Below are positions 12,988 to 25,195 of a DNA stretch of 64,000 nucleotides, piece after piece. A program made the translations under genes and the position numbers. How positions within the stretch are numbered: the stretch's first letter is position 1; each line of letters starts with the position of its first letter. The notes beneath the pieces were generated by a model. It worked only from the letters and a program-made list of their open reading frames with translations. It did not search any database and was not told the origin of the DNA. The stretch is taken from positions 9,566-73,565 of the forward strand of contig JAUCBJ010006078.1 in the NCBI GenBank assembly GCA_032718475.1. Direction: 5' to 3'. Source of the DNA: Nemertoderma westbladi. Its lineage: Eukaryota > Animalia > Xenacoelomorpha.

Positions 12988-14789
12988 ACGAACGTGTATA
13001 TTGTTATTATCCATTAATCCGTCAAGGATAGACATTAATTCGATGGATCGAATAATTAATGTATGTTTAGGGGTAAATAAGAGCGTTGTGAAAAGGGGCT
13101 GGGCTGTGATGTCGGATGGGGTGGTGTAGAGTGAAGATTCATCTAATATAATGTAATCAATGCTATTCTAACAACTATCTTTCTTGACTTACAGTAGAAT
13201 GATAATTACCTCCCATGCAAATGTGCATATTGCAATAAAATATGAATATAATCATAAAAATAGCAATGATACTCTCCGCCTGATTTAAAATTCTTCACTA
13301 TTTTAGTTATATCATCCATCAACAGCCTTATTAGTTATTTGTTATAAATAAACATAATATTTCACTCCTTCTTCATAGGCCTCTACTGCTGTGTTTCAAA
13401 TTCAGCCACTGCACTGGTATGGCTGCGCGCGTTTAATGTTATATAATTAAAGTATCCTCGTTTATTCTTGATCGTTAATATACAAGGGGCCTTCTGTAAT
13501 TTAATTTAATACGATGTATAGGGCCTCGTATTTGCTGCGTATATTTGTGTATATGGGGAGGGGGCGAGGGCGGGGGGAGGGGGCTTTCACTGTGCTTTAA
13601 CATTATATCTTATTTTTTTTACAACTAGTATACAAACAATACCTGCGTTACAATATCAGCTCACAAGCAGGGCTGCTTTATCGCCTAGGCTCAAAATGCC
13701 TCATCCTTGGGGCCATGGCTTAAAAGAGGACACTAAATGTTAAAATAACCGATGAGTGGATGAGAAATTCAAAAGGCCCCACCCGGCACCTACCTTTCGT
13801 CTTAATTCCAAAAAGTTTAAATTTTCGCTCGCTTTGCTCGCGTTTGCTTCTGGCCAAACCTATTTTATAATACCATTATGGTGAAAATTATAACCAAAGC
13901 CTAAAAAAAAGCAATAGTTAATCACGAAGAAAGTTAGCAAATTTCGTCAATTTGTTTTATTTAGTTAAGCGGCTCTCTAGTTACATAACAAACATTCGAG
14001 AACACTAAATTATGTAACATTGAGTAAGGCAGTATCAGGAGTTGAAATGTACAAAAATTGCAATCGCAGTAACCATGGAAGCAATAATATAGTAAAATAC
14101 TACAATTCTATTTATTTTGAGCAACACTTATAAATAAAATTACCGCATTACATGGGAAAAAAACTTAAACATTTTTTCTTCAGTATTCTCTGGACCCAAC
14201 AACCTCGCTGACACTCGCTAAATAAAATGCCTCGAGAATATTGTAAAAAAGTTCTACATTTTTTCCCCATGTAATAAATAATTATTTTTCAACAATTCTC
14301 TATCGTTTTCTAACATTATTATTTTAAAATAAAAAATTTAAAATAAAAAAATAAGAGCCATTTTTCACTCAACTTACAACACAAGCTTGTTATGTTATAC
14401 CATAATAATAACTCTATATACAGTAGGCCTACGTCATTGTTCATAAAAGAGCACTATATAGCTTTACGGCACGATTGATTTTGTCAAATAACAAAACGAG
14501 GGCCGTAATGGCTTTAAATTGCTAATTATGAACAATGGATAATTTTATTTATTTGTGGGGATTTATTTGTAGTTATGCACTTAATCTTTCTAGATCAACC
14601 TAATAATGACGTGATGAAATTCTTAAATACATAATAAATGTATGGCGTGGGGACATAGGCCTACTGAGAAATAATGTCGCACAACGGTATAAAGTTGGAA
14701 ACTACAGTATGTCGCACTGGCGATTTGGTAGTGTGACTTTTATTCCATACAAATAAATAAAAATATGATATCATATTTATGTTTTTCAG

Positions 14790-15544
14790 TTATATGGCAA
14801 ACTTTGACTGGATCATTTAAGTGGGTGAGTGCTGGAAAAGCTGGTGTTTGGAGTATCGGCACTAATGATGCAATTTTCTACCGAGAAGGGACATACGGAT
14901 CATGCAGTATTGGTACGAGATGGATAACTATCCCTGGGTCGCTCATCAATATTGCTGTTGGAAATGATATTGTTTGGGGAGTAAATGTAAACAATTACAT
15001 TTACTGGCGACATGTCAGTCAGCAAAATCCAAGTGGCAGTGCCTGGGAAGAGATGGACCATGTTCATCACCTTTCATGGATAACCGTTGACTCAACCAGC
15101 AACGGAGTCTGGGGTATCAATCGTGATAAGCTTGTGTTGAAAAGATTAGGTATATCGGCCTCAAATCCTGTTGGAACATCATGGTATCCTATTACTGGTG
15201 CTAGCATGGCAGACATCAGCTTCGGACCAGCAGGGCTTTGGGGGATCAACTTAGGATACGCTCCATACTACATGCAAGGCACCTTTGGTTCCAATAATAA
15301 TGTTGGAAGCTTTACAGGATGGGCAGCTGCAAACTGGCTAACGATTAGTTCAGGAGCAGATGGTACTTTATGGGCTACAAAGACAAACCATGAAATATAC
15401 ACAGCCACAGTGGAAGAAGGGAATATAAATCCAGTTTGGGAACGTGTAGGGAGTGGACTGAGGCATGTGAGCGCCAGTGATTGGAATGATGGGGTTTGGG
15501 GGGTGGATAATTCCGACTCGATAAAGTTTAAACAATGTTCTTAA
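14790..15544 (+). CDS. Host gene exon: tectonin/tachylectin-1-like six-bladed beta-propeller lectin
   Basis: Acceptor gtttttcag, phase 1. Repeated blades VSAGKAGVWSI, IAVGNDIVWGVN, ITVDSTSNGVWGIN, ISFGPAGLWGIN, ISSGADGTLWAT and VSASDWNDGVWGVD. Stop TAA at 15542-44. Confidence 0.92.
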
Positions 15545-16111
15545 GGTGAGAGTGTATTATTCAATCATAAATATATATACTGTACATAAATGCATAAATT
15601 TTTCTCAGTAATTCCATTCCAAAAAAAGTAAAAATTACTAGTACAATTTTGAAACTCTAGCTGAAACTGAATGCTACCTAGAAGTAAACACTGCAATTAT
15701 TTTAAATACTGAGGGTTCCATTGAAGCAAGATCAAAGCTTCCGAAATATTGGAAGAATACAGCACTACCAAAGCTACTACTTCTACAAACCTACAGTATA
15801 GACATAATCAGAAAATCTTGAGTAGTAATTACAATATATTTAATTGGATTAAAAGGATAAGAAATACAGTATTTAGAAAATATAATTACACCATAATAAT
15901 TATATTTTCTATAACTAAAGAACTACGCAAACAATGGTCGGCTGAAGTCAGTTAACGGACAGTTGGCTGATAAGTCGGTTTCGCTGACGAGGGTTAAAAA
16001 GGTTCCAAAGCTAGCACGGCAGTATAGAGTAAATGATGAAGGATCTGAGGTGATAAACCAACCCAAGAAGCACCACTTTAAACTTACGCCCATCATGCTT
16101 CTGAATTTTGC

Positions 16112-16418
16112 TTAAGGGCCAGCATGGCTAATATAATTTTCTGGTTAATGGCCAGCATGGCTAATATAATTTATTGGTTAATGGCCAGCATGGCTAATAT
16201 AATTTTTTGGTTAATGGCCAGCATGGCCAATATAATATATTGTTTAAGGGCCAGCATGGCTAATATAATTTATGGTTAATGGCCAGCATGGCTAATATAA
16301 TATATATTGGTTAAGGGCCAGCATGGCTAATATAATTTTTTGGTTAATGGCCAGCATGGCCAATATAATAAATTGGTTAAGGGCCAGCATGACTAATTTA
16401 ATTTATTGGTTAATGGTC
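16112..16418. repeat. 33-bp minisatellite, about 9 copies
   Basis: Unit ggccagcatggctaatataatttattggttaat. Confidence 0.95.
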
Positions 16419-16420
16419 AG

Positions 16421-18808
16421 TGTAAGCGGATTCAATTCCCTTACATTACCCACCCGAAAATGGGACCAGTGGCATTTTACCAATATAGTTGGCGATATGA
16501 GATTACCAATAATAATCTCGCCTCATAACCAACTCGGGGGGGGGGGGGGGGACACAGGCCCTAAAGCCACAGAGAGAGGTCAGATGTCAAACCACCTCAG
16601 AGGGAGAACCAGCTAGTTGAGGCTAGCAGCAGGGGGTAACACCTACAGGGAGTGCCAAAGTGACAATTAGTATATTTGCCAATAGCGGGCAGGGGAGCAC
16701 GTGGGGAAAGATAGGAAAGCATCCATTGGCTAGCGAAGGCCAAAGTAGAGTAGAGGTGAAACCAATATATATGTGTATCAATCATATAGTTATCCTGATT
16801 ACTGATTTACCGGTCAGTTCATTAATCACACAGTTAGGGACCAGCAATAGATTAGACCGTCATTTCATACACTGCTGTCATCATTCTGTATTGCAATTCC
16901 TACTATTGTTTGTTATACATACTGTGCTATTATCATTGGAACATTAACATCGAGAAACACAAACTCTGTTATTTTCCCGACGGCCTTCGGCCAAAGATAT
17001 TAGTCCAGCAGCCCAGCAGAGAAGTGACGCGAACAACCTAACCCTGTCGGGATCTTTGAACTCAATCCTGTCACAGTCTAAACTAGCGACTTCCAACAAC
17101 AACTGTGACCACAATCCAAAGATAAGTGAAGGAAACCAAACGCCCTGAGAATCGGAGGAAGAAAGAATGCCGCCGCGGACCCCGGACGACACCAACCAAA
17201 AGATCTGAGATGCCGCTACGAGACGATACCAGCCCACCACCCCGGATTCGCCAATGAGGGACGATCCGCATACCCAAGAGGAGGGCGGCCGACAACAACG
17301 AGGAGGGAAAGTCAACGATGAGTCGACGCGAGATGACGACGGCGGTCAGAGTACCGAAGTTGCCGGCCAGCCACAGGCTGAGGGCAATGGACGCCCCACC
17401 GGAATGGCAACGGTGGGGCTGCTGGTACGACGCCAGACGAGGAGGGAAGGTAGAGTCTACGAGGAGGACGTTGGGACGAGTGATTGCTTGCGATGGGCAT
17501 ACAACACCACTTAGAAACTACTAAAAGAGGCTAAGGAGGGGAGAAAGGTAGACCAGCCTAAATTATACAAGAGACTAGGTGAGTCAAACAAACATTTTCG
17601 TTACTTAGTCCGTTTTGGACAGGGAGAACTGGCGAGTGAGAGAGCGAGGGGGGTCGCCACAGAACTGTTTGAATTGTGGCAGTCCGAGGTAATGGAACCA
17701 GATGTAGTGTATGTAGGCCTTACTTAGTGGATGCCAGGGGAATTAAGTTAGTAGGTTGGGCGGACCCGCATGACGGCGAATCCGAGGTTAACCTCGAGGA
17801 TTCGGTGTTGTCGGTGAGTAGGAACCCCAGTAAACAGGGGAAAATTAGAAGGACAGAGAGGCGACGGGAGTCCGTCGCGACCGATAAGTCCGCTACATCC
17901 TCCGCGAAAGCAAGAAGGGTGTTAGAGATAGATCTGGCGTGTCAACTAGACATTGTGGCGCTGGATCAAAAGGAACTGGAAAGGCAGTTAGATGAGGGAA
18001 CTGCGTTGTTAGAGAGGGAGAGGGAATTAGCGAGAGAGTGTAAAGAGAGGGCTGAGAAGGTGGCGAGAAACTATAGGGAGCGGGAAGAGAGAGAGATGAA
18101 TGAGCGTAGAGAGCGTGAGGAGCGGGAGGCAAGAGTGGAAAACGAGCGCAAAGAGCGGGAGGCGAGAGAGATAAACGAGCGAAAAGAGTGGGAGGCGAAA
18201 GTGGAGAATGAGCGTAGAAAGCGGGAGGCGAGGGAGACATAATTAGCCAACCAGAGTATGAGGGAGGATAGAGAGAGAGAGAGAGAGCGGGCAAGCAGAT
18301 GTGGGATGATATGCATACGCGGCTGAGGGGGTTAATGCAGTATCAAGCGAAGCAAAAGCGCCTGTTAGAATTGGCAAAAATGGGACTATCGGAGAGTGAG
18401 GCTGGTTCGGGTAGTATTTACGAGGAACCAGAGGTAATGCAAACCTTTGTTATTACCACACTTACAGGTACCCGGCGACAGACCCAGGACTGGTGTGACC
18501 ATACGGGCAGGGGGGGGGGGGGGGTAATAATAATAATACGTTAGAGGGAGTTAATATTAATAGTACCGTAATAGACAACCCTAATCAAACCTTTCTTGCA
18601 GGAAATAATGTTTTACCTGGTAACAATAACCCTAATTTAAATGTGCAAAATAATCTAAATAATATAAATAATTCTGAGCAAAATAATTTAAATAATTTAA
18701 ATAATAATTTAGGTAACAATAATACGTTAAATAACCCTGAAGAAATTAATCAAAATAATATTATTAATAACGGTGTAACAAATCAAGGCGAAATTAATAA
18801 CGGTGCTA
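16421..18808 (+). mobile_element. BEL/Pao family B copy B1: 5' LTR 16421-17075 plus degenerate N-terminal gag region, truncated at a MITE
   Basis: LTR TGTAAG...TCACA is homologous to the B2/B3 LTRs. Gag-like frames at 17254-18800 (coiled coil, Asn-rich tract) match the B2/B3 ORFs. Confidence 0.85.
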
Positions 18809-18812
18809 TTAA

Positions 18813-19029
18813 CCCTATTAAACCCGGGGGGGGGGTCAATATGACCCCCCCGTGGTTTTTTTATTATAATTCTGAAACAAACGCAGTTGGAAATCTGAAA
18901 TTTTATGACTTTTCCTAAAAATCAGACGTTTTCGTAAATATTTGTAGATTTTAGAGGGGGGAGGGTCAATATGACCCCCCCCCCCCCCCCGGTATTTGTA
19001 CAACATTTTATAGCCCGGTACTAATAGGG
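18813..19029. mobile_element. 217-bp internally deleted derivative of the 7192-8757 piggyBac-like MITE, in the opposite orientation
   Basis: TTAA at 18809-12 and 19030-33; both ends match the long copy and are joined at the shared heptamer gattttt. Confidence 0.9.
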
Positions 19030-19069
19030 TTAAGCCCCACTGTGTACCCCCATTCACCCTATAGTTTCA

Positions 19070-19790
19070 TTTTTTAACCCTACTTTTGGCACTTTTTTGA
19101 GACGTTTTTTGAAAATTACATTTCATAAATTACAATTTGCAAAATAAATATTTTTGAGTTACACCTGTTTTTTGATGTTCGCAATTAGATGGAATTCAAA
19201 TAAAATAAGTTAGAAATTTCAAACTTGTTTTTTCGGCAAGTGCAAAATTTTGGTAGCAGCACCAAATTTGAAAATACGTCGATTTTGTAAATAGGTTGTT
19301 TGAACCTTTTTTTTTGCGCAATATGGTTTTTTTGGGATTCTCTTTTCGATTGAATGTTTACGAGTTGCACCATATATATCAATATTGTATTTTTCGATGC
19401 TATGTGCAAAATTTGAAGCAAGCACGAAATTTTAAAATCTATTCAATAGTTAATTTGATTATGACAACTTATCTCTTGCATTTTAGAGGATTATGGGGGT
19501 TCTGAATTCAATGGAATAAATAATTATATAACTAGACATCTCAAACTTACAAATGTACAAAATGTGGTCATAGCGCAATATTTTGAAACCTATCAAATAT
19601 ATAAATTTATCGTGTCACCTTGTTACTTGCGTTATACAGTACGGGTTTGTGATGTTTCTGAATTCAATTGATTAAGTAAAAATTAAGTTTTCTACACGAA
19701 ATTTTCAAATTGTATTTTTCGGCGGCTTAAAATCAGGCGGCAAATCGGCGACAAATCAATAGATACAGTAGTATCATCTTGTTTCTTGAA
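19070..19790 (-). mobile_element. Diverged internal fragment of the same MITE family
   Basis: Reverse complement of roughly 7840-8580, e.g. aaccctacttttggcacttttttgagacgttttttgaaaattacatttcat. Confidence 0.75.
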
Positions 19791-22700
19791 AAAAAATGTT
19801 TTATTTTTCTACTCCATCCCCATTAGGTATTCAAAACCTCCAAAATTCTAGCTACTGTTGATAGAGAGGGAAATTCTGTATATAAGGGGTTAAATTTCTA
19901 TGACAATTGGATTTATAGATTTGGAGAAACGTGTACCCAAGTAAGTACACTACGAGTCGCGATATCTCGAATGGTGTAAATGAGGACCCAATTTCACAAC
20001 CGCATTAGCTTATATATATAATACAACCTTTAGTATAGGTTTTGATCGACTGCTCTTTTCTGTTCTGCTGTAGAAAATTCTGAAATTCCTGGATGAGACG
20101 GGATCGTAGATCCCGACCGGGTTAGATTAAGTATGGGTCACCGTTCTGCTGGGGCTGTTGAGCTACTGGTCGTTTTGGCCCAAGGCCGTCGGGGAAAATA
20201 ACAGAGTTTAGTGTTTCTCAATATTAATGTTCCGAATGATAATAGCCAGAATCAGTATGGAATGAATATCCTGATACAGAATGACAGCAGAAAATACACA
20301 GATATTAATTGGTGATGTTGGTGGCGGTGATGGTCATAAACTATGACCGGTCTGCAACTCTGTGATTAATGAACTGACCGGTAAATCAGTAATACAGAAT
20401 AGTCATAGAATAGAATAGTTATTGGTTTCACCTCTTACTCTACTTGGCCTTCTGTACCCAGTGAATGCTTTCCTATCCCTGTTCACGTGCTTCCCTCCCT
20501 GCTATTGCCTAATATAATAATTGTCACTTTGGCACCTCCAAGGTGGTTTGACCTCTCATCTCTCTCTGTGGCTTTAGGGCTTGTGTCGCCCCCCCCCCCC
20601 CCAAAGTTGGTTATGAGACGAGATTACTATTGGTAATCTCGTATCCCCAACTATATTAGTAAAATGCCACTGGTCCCATTTTCGGGTGGATAATGTAATG
20701 GAATTGAATCCGCTTACACTCCCACCCATGCTATCTTCCCGGTGAGAAGATAGCATCAACCTTAAGTGCGCTTCAATTCCGCTGGAACCCAATCTAATAT
20801 CGGGTGTGGGGTGGAGTTCTTTTCTCGGGGTCGGCTTTCCAGACCGCCTCCCTGGATGTGTTATTACTACCCATCCTTGGTGCAATCGCGAGCTAAGTTG
20901 CACCAAGGCATCTGATGTCTCTGTATTGGACAATTGTGCTCTCTCCTCACACAATTTTCTACAACCTCACTCTAATTTTCCTCACGTACCTCGTTGTCCC
21001 TTACTCTCACTCTCATCTTCCTTACGGACCTCGCTGTCCCTTAGTCTCACGTCGATCCCTTGGGACTCTTCCCCTCTCACTGCTCGCTCCCCACACTTGA
21101 ATTGCACTCCTTTCACTCACTCACGTGTCAACACCTCCTCTCCATACTTCCCCCGATTCTCCATTTTCGTTTTCATTCTCCATACACTTATTGGGTCCCA
21201 TGCATGTGCGCATCATGTTAGTGGGATCCGTCTAAGTCTTGTCCTACATATCGTACATATCATATGAGTTGTATATAATAATTAATTATTATATTATGTA
21301 TTATATGTATTATATTATATGCCCGTCTATACGACGCATCTTAACCCCCCCCCCCCTTTCAGAGGTGATATGACCCGTCACTCCCGGTCCCGTCCGTTCA
21401 TGCTCTCTCCGCCTTTCACTTCCTTACTAACCTTTCCACCATCACGAACTTTTCCTGCGCTCACCCAATTGGTGGGGCCTTACAAAGGCTCAATTTAAGT
21501 GAGTGCCGTTAAACAAGATGTTACAATATACCATACTCTACTTTCTTACTATGTGGCGCTCTCAGTGCCCACAACTTATAACTCTTATGGTACTATGTAC
21601 CCTACTACTTCTATGGTATACCTACATACCATACTCTCTACTCTCTTACTTCTAACTCTTATGGTACTATGTACCCTGCTACTCTCATGGTATGTCTATA
21701 TACCACACTCCCTATTCTCTAACTTCTAACTCTTACATTACTATGTACCCTGCTACTACTCTCATGGTATGTCTATATACCACACTCCCTATTCTCTAAC
21801 TACTTCAATGGTATGCCTATATACCATACTCTCTACTACTACTATTTCTATGGTATGCCTATATATCATAGTCTCTCTACTACTTTGTGCTACGTACTAT
21901 CTACTACTAATACTTTCTACTATTGTAAGGGTCCAGTAGTATACCGCTTACCAGATCCTAGTAACGATGTATCTTACTATGAGACTCTAGTAATGTATAC
22001 GGGCTTGTACAGTATCTGACAACAAATCCCAGTCCAGGATATCTAAACAAACAGATACAATACACAAACGACTACTGGCGAGGAACAGAGCCTAGTATCT
22101 ATTCTATGTACGTGAGCGGGTTTAATGCCTACGTACTAGACAAAAGGATACCTGTCCTCTAACCGGTGAGGCAGATGTACAGTTACAGTAACAGACCAAA
22201 CTCACGGGAAAACAATCCCCGCGCAGCGAATCCTAACTATCACTGACAGTCCTAAATACAGTAACTTGCCGCGGTGTGATTTATATGGTTTATATACGAG
22301 CTAGGTGGTTAACAGACCTAGTGTAACAATGCTGATTACCCCTGTCTAAATCAGCCTAAAAGGTCGTGCCTAAATGTAAGGATAACTGATCCCCCTGTAC
22401 GAAATCAGTCTAAAGGGTCAGGCCTAAATGTAACAATACTGCTGGACAGAAATCAACAGTTTAATAACGAAAATGAAATACTCTATCTTGCCGCAACTAA
22501 ATCAGATCCTAATTTTACAAATACAGATAATTTCTACCCAAAATAATGTACAGTGCGCTATAGCTAGTAGAACTTTAAAGGGCAATATGTTTTAGGGCGT
22601 GTGTGTGTGGGTGTGTTACAAATAAAACAATTTCGTGTAATTCCTTTACTAGGTTTTAGTGATTTTCTGACTAAATGATACCGTGCGCTAGCTACTAAAA

Positions 22701-24378
22701 TAAACTAGTCGCGTTTGTAGAACTTTATACTCACAAATGACGTCAAAGCTCTCTCCTTCCTATCCACAACCCAATGGGCAACCACAGTGTTAGTAACTAC
22801 ACCCGTGATCGGCACTAATACCAGATTCTGGTTGTAAGATAAGGAATAGGGGTTAATTGCTACCGTACGTTAGCTGATCTGGTATACTAATTTAATTCTA
22901 GAACTTTGTTGCTGCGGTAGTTAGCAGCAATACCTATCAGTACGTGGCAAGGCGCGGTAGGATATTAATAAACCTCCATAGGCCAAGCAGTGTGCCGGTA
23001 GCAGAAATACTCCTTGCCTGATCAAATAGCTAACTCCAGACAGGGGGGGGGGGGGGGGTACTAATGTACGTTCTACAAAGCGAACCGGTACCAAACAGTC
23101 AGTGCTACGAATCACTAAATTATGGAACATATGCTGTCCGTACCTAATATGTACTCGCGTACTGACGAATGGCAATAGTTCGCACCTGTAGGAAGTACAG
23201 GTTAACCCAGGGGTTCGTAGGACTGACAAAGGGGGGGGGGTGTTTCTGTCTGAATATAATTATTTGATCCTAAATTTGCGGCGTCCAGTACGGCGTCACG
23301 CTTACCCTGATCTATAAGTCTTACCTTCTCACAAAGCGGGCGCTGCATAGCAAGTGGAGTATTTCGAAGGGCAAAGGGGGTGCGCGGTCAATCCAAATGT
23401 GGGCGCTAGTGTGTTGTGGACATCTCTTCCCTGCGTTGCTTACCGCCTAACGGTCTAGGCTGCCATCTCCCTGATGTTTGGCTGTCCCAAAGTTGGACCA
23501 AAAGAAAACATGTTCAGGAATTTGCAGTATATTTACAGTTTTTACAAAGGATTTATCAAAATAAAGTTTCAACAAGAAACCGAAATAACTAATAACAATT
23601 TAGAATAACGTTATAAGGAGAATTTTACAAAGTGGTAAGAAGTCGTAGAAGGTGATAACCGAAGGCAAACCGGCCTTTTATACTAAATATCGCACATGGA
23701 AACTAAACAGACCCATGAACACACTCACCGCTCCATGAAAACAGTAAGTAAGACTGTTTTCACCAATCGAAACATAAAATATTTACAAACTACTTCTAAA
23801 TCTACTAGTAGGGCCTAAAATATAAAATATAATCACTATCTAATTATTGCATACTTAATATTGCAGATACGGCGTAAATACAATCGATCGTACATACAAA
23901 TACAAATTTACGAATTAACTTTAGTGCCTAAAATACAAAAAAAAGGCTTTCGGTTATCAAGGTAAGCAAATTAAACAAATCAGAACAAACAAATCGAACA
24001 AATAAATCAAAACAAATCAAACAAATAATTCAAACTCTTTCGATAAATCTTTATATATTGTAAATATACCTAATAAACCTTCACCAAATTAAATCGGTCC
24101 AAATATAATATAAACATAATGCGCTAATAACTTTCAATAATGTCCTCCTGACGATCTAATAGTTCGTCCTGCTGGTCTGGATATCTTCTCCTGAGCACCA
24201 ATTGCTAACGGTAGGCTCGCAAGCCTTCCTTTCCATATCTCGCTCCTCCAAACCCAACATTCAAACATAACGTCCAATATAAATATCCAAATATAATATC
24301 CAAATATGATATCCAAATAAAATATCCAAATAAATATCCAAAATCGGTAGGCTCGCAAGCCTTCCTTCCACTCGCTTC

Positions 24379-25170
24379 CTATTCCTTCGCTGAGCGGGCT
24401 CGTCCACGTCCTCTAGTGCGATTGGGGGGTGGTCGAGGTCGAACTGGGCTCGGACTTCGGCGTCGAGTCGTCGGTGGTTCCAAAACGCTAGGAAAGGGGA
24501 CGACGGGAGTTTCGCACATCCGTCGTGCGCTTAATCCTCTAAATCCTCGTCCGATTCCAACTGTCGGCTTAACATCGGATCGAGTTTCTACAACGCTAGG
24601 AGGAAGTCGAAAGGGTAGGACCGTTCCGTCCGTTGACACCTCGCTCTCTGACATCGTTTGAATCCTAATGGGTTCAGTCAAAGCGTATCCTGTCCCTCCG
24701 CGTGGTTCTCTAGCAAGGGAAACCGTGCCCCGAGTCATCCGGATTTGTGACTTCGACGTCGTCCTCTCGGCGACATTTACTATCTTCTTAATCTCTTGTC
24801 TGGCCTTCTGGGCTTTGAGTATACGAAATTGCTGATCATCCTGTGGGTGACGCGTCTTCTCTGCTAACGGCGTGGCCTTGAAGCCAGTCTCACGCAAAAC
24901 GTCGGTCTCGTCCAGAATGCACGAGGTTACGCGTTTGTGATAAAATGCGCTCCGGTATGCCCAAGCTATCGAATGCCAGGCTCCTCGATTCCGCTGTTCA
25001 ACTCGCAGTTTATCGAATTCTCCGGCGGTAATCTTGTTCACCACAGTTTGAAAGTTCCAAGTATTCTTGTTGTCGGGTTGCACTTGTAAGAAATAGTCCC
25101 GCACAACTTTGAATCCACTGTCCAACGGCAATATATCCAATACCTCCAACAATTCATCGTACTGAGGCAT
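24379..25170 (-). CDS. Accessory ORF of element A, 263 aa, unknown function, Arg/Pro/Ser-rich basic C-terminus
   Basis: Intact ATG-to-stop ORF in element sense, 25 nt after the 434-aa ORF; ends RRRSPSPVRPRPPPNRTRGRGRARSAKE. Confidence 0.7.
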   Translation of the reverse strand: MPQYDELLEVLDILPLDSGFKVVRDYFLQVQPDNKNTWNFQTVVNKITAGEFDKLRVEQRNRGAWHSIAWAYRSAFYHKRVTSCILDETDVLRETGFKATPLAEKTRHPQDDQQFRILKAQKARQEIKKIVNVAERTTSKSQIRMTRGTVSLAREPRGGTGYALTEPIRIQTMSESEVSTDGTVLPFRLPPSVVETRSDVKPTVGIGRGFRGLSARRMCETPVVPFPSVLEPPTTRRRSPSPVRPRPPPNRTRGRGRARSAKE

Positions 25171-25195
25171 AGCCGATACATATCCTTACATATCC

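Noticed and set aside
13379-13416. 38-nt mini-exon with good AG/GT
   Set aside because: The length is not a multiple of 3 and would shift the propeller frame.
16112-16418. CRISPR-like appearance of the 33-bp and 27-bp repeats
   Set aside because: Head-to-tail units without unique spacers, no cas genes, and a eukaryotic context.
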